DNA of 64,000 nucleotides from Balanoglossus misakiensis (taxonomy: Eukaryota > Animalia > Hemichordata), in NCBI GenBank assembly GCA_040954595.2, contig CM082588.2, forward strand, positions 2,330,144 through 2,394,143. The letters are read 5' to 3'. Made by a program: the position numbers and the translations under genes. This document shows positions 53,900 to 64,000 of this stretch, one piece after another; position 1 is the stretch's first letter; the number at the start of each line of letters is the position of its first letter. Below the pieces are notes generated by a model that had not been told where the DNA came from, ran no database searches, and was given only the letters and a program-made list of their open reading frames with translations.

Positions 53900-56800
53900 A
53901 TGGTGATCTCGGTCCGACACTGGCTTAGAAATGACGGGCACAAATACATACTACTGGTAAGACACTTTTGCCTTTTATCTTATCTTTGTGGATCAACCAT
54001 GGTTCTTATTCTGCTCCCTTTACTCTTCACCCCGGTTACGTGATGTAGGTTGCGTTCTAGAGACCACATTGTCGTAAACGGCTGACAGAATGGGTTTTTA
54101 ATTCTCCGGGGGCCAGTGCCCGGGGTATCTGAACTCAGGAAGTGGTGCGCGCCGCTTGGATGTCATTCATAACACACGCACTTTCTGGCCCAGAACGAAT
54201 TCTCACAGATCGCAGTGTTTGAAAATGACCTCCAGGGTCAGGGCATGGGAATGTTAAAGGTGACCCGAAATCCAATGATTTGCAGGTTGCACTGTTGGCA
54301 ACGCTCTTTTGTTTACAACCACATTAAACAACCCTCTCGGTTATAACGGCATTGGGCAAAGTATATCTTTCTTAGAAGGTGTCATAAACACCCCTGCAGA
54401 AACAGAGAAAGGTCACTATTAAACCGGTCAAGCAAACAGAGGGCCAATATCATGAACCGCGGATTCTTAGGGCCTGGACAGAATCAACAGGGGAGGGCTG
54501 GTGCAACTTTTGGGAGGGTCACTATTGTCCGTGGACCAAGATTTTGAAAAACACCAGACCTCCCCCCTGTTAATTCTGTCCAGGCCCTTATGGGGTGATA
54601 CCAGTGTCCGCCGGTGTTCTGACCAGTGTAATCGAGATGCTCGCTTGGTTGTGCGCTTTTGCAAAGGTCAGTACATATACACGGTTAAAAAGGCCGCGTA
54701 TTTACTTTTGCATCAGGTATTGATGAGGCATGGAATGGTTGCGTGTAAGAGTTATTTTCGCTTCATGGAAGCGTTGCAAAGAAACTAACACCGTCGGATC
54801 TGGTAGCGTTTCCGGTGTTCACTGAGCGGCATTGAGAATCTTTGGCGCTCGCGCACGTCTCCTTTGTCTTCAAAATACCGTGACACAACGAAGCATTTGT
54901 TTGGACCTCAGAGTCAGAGCGATATAAAGAAACATAATGCGCAAAGTATTTCCTTCCTGTAATAATCTACAGGAACCTATGCGGTAGAATTATTTAGATC
55001 CAGGGACTGGTCAGTTTCTCCAGTCTAGGGGTCGGTGGATTGGAACGGGGTAACCTGGTTTTGTCAGTGACATTATTGACATACGCCAAGGCAAATTCAC
55101 CCACACCCCGGCCACAGAAATTGACCAGACCCTTATTGGGGTTTGAAAATTGCCGACAAAAGTGAAACTGCCGCCGATTGGCCATCGCGCTCAAACGACG
55201 ACGAGACGCTACTCTCATTGCACTGGATGGGGATGAGTGAAAGTTAATACACGTACGACTGTTTCTCATCACACAAACTTAATTTAAACATTTAGATTTT
55301 GTGGCTTTTTTACCCACAACAATTAAATTTTGTGGAAAAGACATCGTTTATAAACAACGAAGTCACTGAGTCGCACTTGCCCAGTGCGCGCCTCGACTTT
55401 AACGAGCCCCTCTCCAACCTTTCAAGTCACATCACTTCACTGTCCTATGCATGCTTAAATTCGACTTTCTCTGGAGTTTCTCGTTTGCACCTGCTTTCAC
55501 CTAAGCAAAGAGTTTGGTTGGCCGTTGCTATTCCAACCACTGTCCTTTCCGAGACAGTTTTCGCGTCATCTTCCGTTGAAAGCCCCCAAAACGGCTAAAA
55601 TACAACCCGTTCGTCAAATCATATCAGCATCTCTCAAGGTCTATGCTCGCTTCTTTTTCTCGCTACGAATGTTCTTTCTCAAACACGTTTTGAGAGACCC
55701 CAGACATCTTTAGGGCGAGACCTACGTGTTTCCCGTCCATCTTACTCTCACTACAGACGCAGCTCTGAGCATGCGTGAGTAGTCCCACGTACCCAACGCC
55801 GCGGAAATGCCACGCACTGTCAGGAGCTAGTGATTGAACTGAAGCACACGTCGTTCTCGCGAGTGACGTAGTCATTATCGCACTCTGCAATTGCAGACGA
55901 CAAGAATGCAAAAGTGATGGCTTCACCGGGAGCAGAGGGCGCATGCTGCTTTACTCTGCTGGTCTGAAGTCGGGGGTCGAGGCGCACATAGTTTAAGAAA
56001 CGCATGAACGCATACCTACATAATGCGCTTTTTATCGCGAATTAATTGGTTTATTACTGTCGTTAAAATGGCATTCTTGGCGAGCTGTGTGATGAACGGA
56101 GCGTGGGTTTTGCGAAACCGTTTTAACAGTAACTGATAATAGCAACGGGTCACGAACATTGCTGTCTGGGTTTTTATAAATATAGTCCTCTCTGCCCCTG
56201 GTATCTGGGCCGTAAATAAACACTTCTCTGCCAGTCCTATAGTAGTGATTCTCTCGAACGCGACGACAGCATGAAGCTTAAGTTTACTCAGTACATCACA
56301 AGCAACTCTCGGTAGAGCGATAATATTTGTAAGTAAAAAAAATAATCGTGGTACCCAGCCCTGTCCCTAGCTGCTATTATTGCAAAATAAATATAACAAA
56401 GTGTAAAAAGACAAGTTTTTAGTGGTTTATCTTATTGTTACAAATTCTTTGTGTAGACTAAACTTTCATTTGTCTTCAGATGTACAGAGCGGCATGGGAA
56501 TGCCATTTCTGGGCGTGATTCTGGGTGAGACTAAAACGAAGGAAACCGAAGGAAACCGAAGGAAACTGAAGGACACTGTTTTTTCCATATTTTAGTGCGA
56601 ATGAAATGGTTTTCTCTATGCTGGTGGCCGAAGGACTGGTTTAGCTTCGAATTAAACGCCGAAGGACGGGTGTAGCTCAGTAATTTCGGCCGAAGGAAAG
56701 CGAAGGACGCTGATTTATGCATATTTTAGTGCGAAGGAAAAGGTTTTCTCTATGCTGGGGGCCGAAGGACTGGTTTAGTTCGGTAATTAATTATGCTGGT

Positions 56801-59800
56801 GGCCGAAGGACAGGTTTAGTTCGGTAATTAAAGCCGAAGGACGGGTGTAGCTCCGTAATTTTGGCCGAAGGAAAGCGAAGGACGCTGATTTATCCATATT
56901 TTAGTGCGAAGGACACGGTTTTCTGTATGCTGGGGGCCGAAGGACAGGTTTAGCTTCGTATAAAAGGCCGAAGGAAAGCGAACGACACTGATTTATCCAT
57001 ATTTTAGTACAAAGGACACGGTTTTATGTATGCTAGAGGCCGAAGGACGGGTTTAGCTTCGTATAAAAGGCCGAAGGAAACCGAAGGACACTGATTTATC
57101 CATATTTTAGAGCGAAGGACACGGTTTTCTGTATGCTGGGGGCCGAAGGACAAGTTTAGCTCAGTAATTAACGCCGAAGGACAAGTGTAGCTCCGTAATT
57201 TAGGCCGAAGGAAAGCGAAGGACGCTCATATCTCCATATTTTAGGGCGAAGGGAAGCCAGTAAGGTGCGGAATTGCGTTTTATCGTTTTTAGAAAGTTTA
57301 GCTACAAGTGTAGAAAGCTAAATTAGCTGTAGCTAAATAGTTCTAAGCTATCTAAGTTTTAAGGATAATTATCACTACGATAATTATCGCTTTCTAAATA
57401 TCGTTCTAAATTTATAAATTAGCCACAGTTTAGAAAGCCCCCCCCCCCCCCGACTAAAATTTTCTGCCGACGATATAAGTGCTGTATTTCCATTCCAATA
57501 TTTGCGGAATTTTCATTTATGATTTCAATTGGTGCATTTCAATTTCAATATTTGCGGACGGGAGAATGTTGGGAATCGTTTATTGCCCAAATCAAGCCTT
57601 ATCTCAAAACTCCTCTCAGTTTATTGAGATATGGGCTTCGTTTGTATGACACCATTGTTCTGTGCAACGACTGAAGTCTCAGGTTAATCAATGTCTTAAC
57701 ACCATTGTTCTACCATTATGAGGTGTTGTAAAATGTCAGAGTTAGAACTTCGGCTATATATACTGTTAAAATAAAACAAAGATCACATTTGACTTCCCAC
57801 CGAAGTACTGGCCATCCCGTCTCTCTCTTCATTCCGAGCCTACTTCCAAAGTGTACGCCGTACATTTGTAAACGCCCAAGTAGTCCAACTTTCTAAACTG
57901 CTGCTAGTTTAGAAAGTTTAGAACGATGTTTAGAAAGTGATAATTATCTTGAAAAAAGCCGTGTTTATCATTATTAGCTAAATTAGCTTCCTTAGACAAT
58001 ACATGTAGTTTAGAAATGCCCCTTCAATAAGACACAATTAGGAAACTCAGGAAAGCGAAGGACAGTGATTCTCCATATTTTAGGGAGAAGGACATTAGTA
58101 TCCATCTCTCTGTATCTCGGAACTAGGATATCAATAGTGTGATCTTGTGTTGAGATCGTTTTTTGTCAGTTGTTTTTCATTTCCAGTTCATGGAACGTAA
58201 TGTCGGCTATTCCCGGTGAAGCATTTGAGCCCACGGTACAACTGCATGTTTGCTTGTAGAATTTGTTGTTTAATTCAAAAGTATTGTTACGTAGAATTAG
58301 TGATAGCGTTTCCATGAGGTATGTTTGTTTAGATTTGTTTCGTGTAAACATGACACTCTACTTAAGATCTCGACATTGATATCAGTAACTCTGGTCAGAC
58401 GTGTACTAGCTGACGCCAAGTCTCTGATAATCGTGAGAGAATCGTGTCCTTCGCCCTAAAATATGGAAATATGACTGTCCTTCCTTTTCCTTCGCCCTAA
58501 AAAATGGAAATATGACTGTCCTTCGCTTTCCTTCGCCCTAAATGACTGAGCTACACCTGTCCTTCGGCCTCTAGCATACAGAAAACCGTGTCCTTCGCAC
58601 TAAAATATGGAAAAATCAGTGTCCTTCGGTTTCCTTCGGTTTCCTTCGTTTTAGGTTATGCTGTGATTCTCGTAATTTTCTGTCAACACCCCGTTCACTG
58701 CACACGCAAGTTTCAGAAAATGTCATCTTTAAGCCGCGTGTTTATCATAGAATATACTCAACGTTGATCTGACGAACTCACACGTATAAATTTAACAGGG
58801 TGGGCATAGGTCGTTGACGAGTTCCCAGCGCCAGTCAATGCGGAGCTGATCCATACACACGACAAAATAGAAAAGTAAAACATTTCAAGGGCCCACGTAC
58901 ATGAGGATTTACCAGCAAACTATCACAGCTGATCTCCACAGTTACACGAAACAAAAGGCAAGGATAGACATGACCATAGAAATGTTCACTAACACGTGCT
59001 TGACACCAAAGCCCACTGAAGGGAAACATATGGGGAGGGGGTGGTCCAAGTTCGCGTAATTATATGTAAATCAATTTTAACAATTTTAACGCCTTACTCA
59101 ATACAATGCACGTGCGCGCGTGAGGTTAAACTGGCAGCCAACACCCGTTCAAGGCTGGGCCTTGATTTCTTCTTTTCTTCTTTTCTTCACTTCTTGATTT
59201 AGAGTGCAAGACCAAGGTCAAGTAAAGAGACATGCTTTGACCGCACCCCGTACATGATAGTTAGACAGTATTGAAAGCCCCGAAGGGTATCTCAAGTTTG
59301 TTTATTCGAATTTTGCAGAGAAAGAACCGATGGTAGGCATGTAGGTTTAGTTTTGAAAATAAAATGTACACCACATGTACATCAATCGTTGCCCAAAATA
59401 TTGTGTTTGGTTCCTCAGAGGAGACATAGTTTGGCCAATAAGGGGTCAAATATGCAGATGCCAGCATATTTTACGTGCCCTGGGACCAAAGAGCCTTGAA
59501 AACCATAACGTATTACACCCGGAAGAGTGTTTGCCGGAATAACGTATGATATCAGTGTATTGGAGTCCTGCCTCAGTTATTTTTTGTACATGAGAAATAT
59601 GGGAGCCTCGCTTGATTAATTTTGCGGAGCTCAACAAAAGAAGGTTTCGCACCTGCGAATTCCCTTATCAGCAATTATGTTGCTGAAGGTTGACACGCGT
59701 GGCTGTGTTGACCAGCCGAACACCTGGACTTCGACATGGTTTTTGGCATGAATAAAACGAGAAAGTAATGCTGTACGTTTCAGTGTGTCTACGGGATATA

Positions 59801-62800
59801 TGGGGAAACTCTCCCACGAAAATGTTTTAACTTTTATCACAGTTTGCACGCTCTAAAGTCCTTGACCAAAGCATCCACTGATGATATACACATCCGGCTT
59901 TTACCACATATTATCCCAGTATGACTCCATATGGCACCGTATTCCCTAAGAGGACGCTGTGAAGTCTCCCACTGTTACCATGGTAGTCTGGTCATGGCCC
60001 AACACCAGGCAACTAAGTAGGGTGCTGTACCCTAAACTGTTATACATAAAATATGGTTTTCATACATGATGATGACCATGCAAAGTTGTTGGTTTTATTC
60101 GAAGGTTCAACGTAACCACACCAACACCAACATCACTTATTGTTTATTTCCAGGCTGTCTGGCTGGGCATCAACGGCGTCGTGTTTTGGAGAACATATAC
60201 AAAGTACAAGATGGAACCAGAGTACTTCTACCTGCGGGAAATGTTGGGGGTAAGCCCTAATGATTTCTATTTCCATAAGCATTAATTTGATTGGGTCTCC
60301 TGGTAGAGTGTGCATACATAGATTGGCCTATGATAGTAAGCCAATAGTGCCCGCAGAGGCACTTGCACATATACCAATATTGTTGTATATGCAAAGACAA
60401 TATTTGTCAGCCTTTCTAACTACAGTGCCACTGGCGCTATTTTTGCACACATGACTCAGAAAATGGAAAGACTGGTGTACCTTATCAATCACTAGGAGCC
60501 CGGTTGCAAAAATGTTGTAATTGCATAGTCACCAGTCAGAACACTCAGGGGTAGACTTTACAATGAGGTCAGTAGGTCGACACACTGTTTGTTATCTGGC
60601 TACACAGTTTCTACAGCCAGACGAAGAAGTGGGAAACTACTCAACAAAGAGAATTAACAACAGACATTCCTCAATTTAACAGGAAGTAAGAAATAAACTT
60701 ACTCGATGGCAGAGAAACGCACTAACTTAAACATACAAGTTTAACGACCCTTTATAACCGAAATAATTTCAAAAGAATGGCCCTTTAATGAAACATTCGC
60801 GCAATAATCGTGTATTAACTACCAAACTGAAATCCTGTCACGTGAGCCTTGAACCCGAAATGAGCATGTGGTCTTTAAATAGAGGGCTAATTTCCTTTGT
60901 ATGTAATCACTAAAACCAAACCAAGGCCAACCATTTTGATAAGAGGAGAGTACTTCCAGAGGATGAAGAGGAAGTTCCCGCAATCACACGAACAAATGGT
61001 TCCTTTTTTTGTCAGTGTGGACCGTCCCGATTCGCGTGATTCAAAAACCAGGGCTTTGGGGCAAAGTTCGCAATTTAATGGCGGACCAAAAACAAAGAAA
61101 ATGCAATGCAATTGATTGGACAGTAATTGTCCTGGGAGGTTTACAGAGTCTGCACTTCATAAGTTATTTGTCGCCGGAAATATATCACGGGAATGGCATG
61201 TTTTGATGTGTGCTGTAAACTATTGTATCATTCAGTCGAGTGGGAATCGGGGGAGTAGAAAATGCAATATACAGGCGGGAGGTATTTGAAGAACACCCAG
61301 AAAGAACAAACAAAAGGAGCTTGCCTTAATCTCGAACCTTCTTCTCACTTCTCTGTTGTTGTTTTCCCGACGTACAAGCCAGTATGGCTATGTCTTGGAT
61401 AACCTAAAATTAAAGAAATAAATTGTGTGTGGGTTTATTAAACCAAGGAGATTTGAATTGCGAAGATAGTTTCTGGGAGTAGTTTGAATGGAAATATTGA
61501 CACTGCTCAAAGGGGGAGACAAGTGTTTCTAACAACATTTTGTGAACCACCCTGGGAGAACACCCCGAATATCATCAACCACCGCCATTGTGTCAAAACA
61601 TCCTCCAATCACACTCAATATCTCATTTCACGCGATCGGGGGTAGGTTACTGCCGGTTGGCTACCTGCCAGTTTGAAATTTCTGGGAGTCTCGCGAGGGT
61701 TGTTAACACACCCACGACGCAAGTAGCGAGCCAAGAGAATTGGTGACCGTGCGTTTTGTGAGGGACCAGAAAAAGTGTACACTCGCCTCCATAATTACTG
61801 GATCTGTGTATGACTGAACAAAATCATGGTTCTAGGGTAATCAAATATGTGTACAAACTCTCAGAAAATCAACTTTCTTCATAAATCAGTCTGGTCAACA
61901 AACTATCGCACAGAGGTTGCCGTACTCGCTCTCCTTTTGAAATTCACCATCCACCAACAGATGATTGATATATCTCTCTTGTTCTCAAATCAAACTTTGT
62001 ACATGATGTCTGCCTCCCTAAACTGTCTGGGACTTCAACTATCCAAACAAATAAATAGACGTGCAATTACAAGTAATCATTCAATAAAATTAATGGGCTC
62101 AATTATACCCCACTTAGTGTCGGGTCATGTCAGGCAATAATGCTATAGCTACAGAACAAAGTCGTCAATCACTACGAATTTTTTTGTGTCGCCTTCTATG
62201 AGCACCGCTATTCAAAATCCCTTACAAGCGTCAGACTTTAACAGAATCAAGAATTTCTGCTGGACCGATATGAGGTCGGTTCGCAGCAGGAAAGAAGGTT
62301 GGGGTGGACAATGCAAGCACAAGATAACCATCACTGTGACGTGTTCTGAGGTCACGCTGCGTGAAAGCGCCCTTGGCGATCTGAGAAAAACCGGAATTAA
62401 TCGATGAAGTCTGCAGCATGTAAAATAAACTGTTTATGCAGTTTCGCCCAGGGGAAGACGATCGAATTCGTTCTGTGTGTATAAATAGTCAAGAAGCCGT
62501 ACAATGTTTATCATCCCTGGGCCAAGTGCAGGCTATCATCAGAGATGAATGTCAGTCGTGATATTCAGTTGTTAAAAGATGTAGACTATTATTTCAAGTG
62601 TTTGTTTCAACAACAGAGACATGACTTTGCCATGTAGTTTCTCGGGGGGGGGGGCAGACTTTTCATATCCGATTATGCATGCCAAGAACTGCGGCATCTT
62701 TCCTTTAAGATTGAGTTAGCCCTTGACATCTGTACTTGTCAAACTTGGCAACGGAAATACCATACACCAGTGATGCGAAAAATAGCTGAAGGCCGAACAA

Positions 62801-63122
62801 CTAACATTCTGCATGCCGGTGTTAATTTTGAGAACGTGAAAAATCTTCGGGACCTGCAAGGACGCGTTTGTTCACAGCAGATATTTTGATTCTATGTAGT
62901 GAGACTTTGAACAGTGTCATGTAAATTAACAGCTGCCATGCATATTTAACGAATTTATGCAATTATCACTGCACCGTTGATTAAACGCATTTCGGTTTTG
63001 ATTTCTTGCAGAAGGGACTCTGCATATCCAGGGGCACTGCCGACGTGTTGAATCTCAACTGTGCCGTGGTCTTGTTGCCCATGTGCAGAACACTTCTAAC
63101 CTGTTTGAGGAGGTCGCGCAAG
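53900..63122 (+). CDS. NOX4: NADPH oxidase 4-like, first three coding exons; gene continues beyond the window
   Basis: 53900-53956 [19 protein letters not shown]; 60154-60249 [32 protein letters not shown]; 63012-63122 [37 protein letters not shown]. All junctions are phase 0 and the translation parallels the NOX4 N-terminus (W..NEG.K, PEY..L..MLG, LNLNC...LLPMCRTLL). Confidence 0.85.
54470..54587. mobile_element. PIF/Harbinger (Tourist-like) MITE, 118 bp
   Basis: TTA|GGGCCTGGACAGAATCAACAGGGG ... CCCCTGTTAATTCTGTCCAGGCCC|TTA: terminal inverted repeats (TIRs) of about 35 bp and a TTA duplication. Confidence 0.85.
56174..56524 (+). other. Candidate alternative promoter and first exons of NOX4 (TATA box, exon A to 56328, exon B 56480-56524 encoding [10 protein letters not shown])
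   Basis: TATAAA at about 56175; donor TTT|GTAAGT at 56328; acceptor TTTCATTTGTCTTCAG| at 56479; ATG at 56494 in strong context (GGCATGG). Confidence 0.45.
57290..58018. mobile_element. Nested inverted-repeat element inside the MuDR-like transposon (outer bounds approximate)
   Basis: 57379-57437 GATAATTATCGCTTTCTAAATATCGTTCTAAA...GTTTAGAAAG is the reverse complement, with some mismatches, of 57889-57948. TTTAGAAAG and AGCTAAATTAGCT motifs occur on both sides. Confidence 0.7.
58100..58351 (-). pseudogene. Decayed Penelope-like retroelement reverse-transcriptase fragment
   Basis: [42 protein letters not shown] matches the Penelope-type RT pattern (N.F.FN.KFY.Q..G..MGS..SP.IA.I). A frameshifted F-R-Y-R-D-like remnant follows near 58120. 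Confidence 0.7.
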
Positions 63123-64000
63123 GCAAGTACACTGTTTGGACAGGATCTGAAAACATTTCGACCAATTAATTAAACGATTCAGAACTACAAGTGTTGACAT
63201 AAGCGTTTTGTCAGACGCCCCATAAGTACATTTGTTTTTTCAATGTATGGTTACATTGACGACCTGAGGAATATTATATGTGCTTGTAAGACACACACCC
63301 TTTTGCAGTTGGACAGAAACACATTGCAGGCAGGGCCATCTCGTGTCCGGTTACCGCTGTAAACCTTTAATGAATGTCTGTTACAAGGTCCCAGTTGTGC
63401 GAAGGCGGGCGTTTGCTGATCCGGAAGGGGAGAGGTCGGTAAAGTTCGCTCAGGACACGGTCGGATATTTCCCGTGTGTCTGTTCATGTAATGGGATCGA
63501 AGGCATAGATACGAATAGAACTCAAAGCTTGAAACATCTAATGTCATCCATTGACACCCAGACAGGTGTAACACCGGCCTTGCAAATCCTGGCAGCGAAC
63601 AAGCTGCCAAGAGAAGAAAGGCATTTCGTCTCCTCTCACCAGCAACTTTTTTATGGATAATATAAATCATTTAAACATCTGCACGGGCCTATAGGGGAAA
63701 GCTACTGTACAGCCGAGTTAAAATCTATGGGGACCTAACTGTAAAGCAAACTCAACTGAAAACGCCACCATTCGGAAACTCCCCGAAATGAAAAATTTGA
63801 AACACATTTCATTCACGATGTGTGTATATTGGAATGGTTACTTCACACAGAGTACTGTGGTGACCGGTCAAAGTTCATGCCAGTTCAGGAATTGCTGGCA
63901 TTGCTGCGATAAAATGTTCTAGCTAAGTAGCGTAAATGATGATTTCATGATTGTAAGCAGCGATATTTCAAATGACAGGTTTTATCAAGAGAGATTAATA

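Larger units (their letters stand above)
56523..58662. mobile_element. Non-autonomous foldback/MuDR-like DNA transposon with an 8-bp TSD and repeat-built TIRs
   Basis: GTGATTCT is duplicated at 56515-56522 and 58663-58670. Long TIRs CTAAAACGAAGGAAACCGAAGG...CCATATTTTAGTGCGAAGGA start at 56531 and end (inverted) at 58654. The arms consist of CGAAGGA-containing tandem repeats. Confidence 0.88.

Noticed and set aside
56271-56328. 58-nt ATG-to-donor segment as a frameshifted NOX4 coding exon 1
   Set aside because: An intact, clearly homologous 57-nt exon exists at 53900-53956, so no pseudogene or frameshift is needed.
59680-59740. Weak tRNA/SINE B-box-like motif
   Set aside because: No A-box, cloverleaf or tail found. 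No tRNA, rRNA or snoRNA could be supported anywhere in the window by eye.

Overview
Intron-rich animal genomic DNA, probably from an invertebrate (inferred; species not determinable here). The window opens with a very homogeneous 88-bp satellite (about 42 copies). Four genes follow. REV3L (DNA polymerase zeta catalytic subunit) is complete on the minus strand: 33 coding exons, about 3307 aa, with a 4.67-kb exon. A 9-exon sorbitol dehydrogenase (SORD) lies head-to-head with it, followed by a convergent 4-exon SOBP and the first three coding exons of a NOX4-type NADPH oxidase. Several non-autonomous DNA transposons sit in introns. The most unusual feature is a 2.14-kb foldback/MuDR-like element (56523-58662) with an 8-bp target-site duplication (TSD), inserted in a candidate alternative first exon of NOX4. 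Its asymmetric tips carry a splice donor and a splice acceptor, so splicing it out would leave an in-frame 18-nt footprint (introner-like). A 4.26-kb CAC-ended, TA-flanked element in REV3L intron 10 has one arm expanded into a 25-bp hairpin satellite. All gene models were assembled by eye with exon phases checked. Homology calls are from recalled protein motifs, not database searches.
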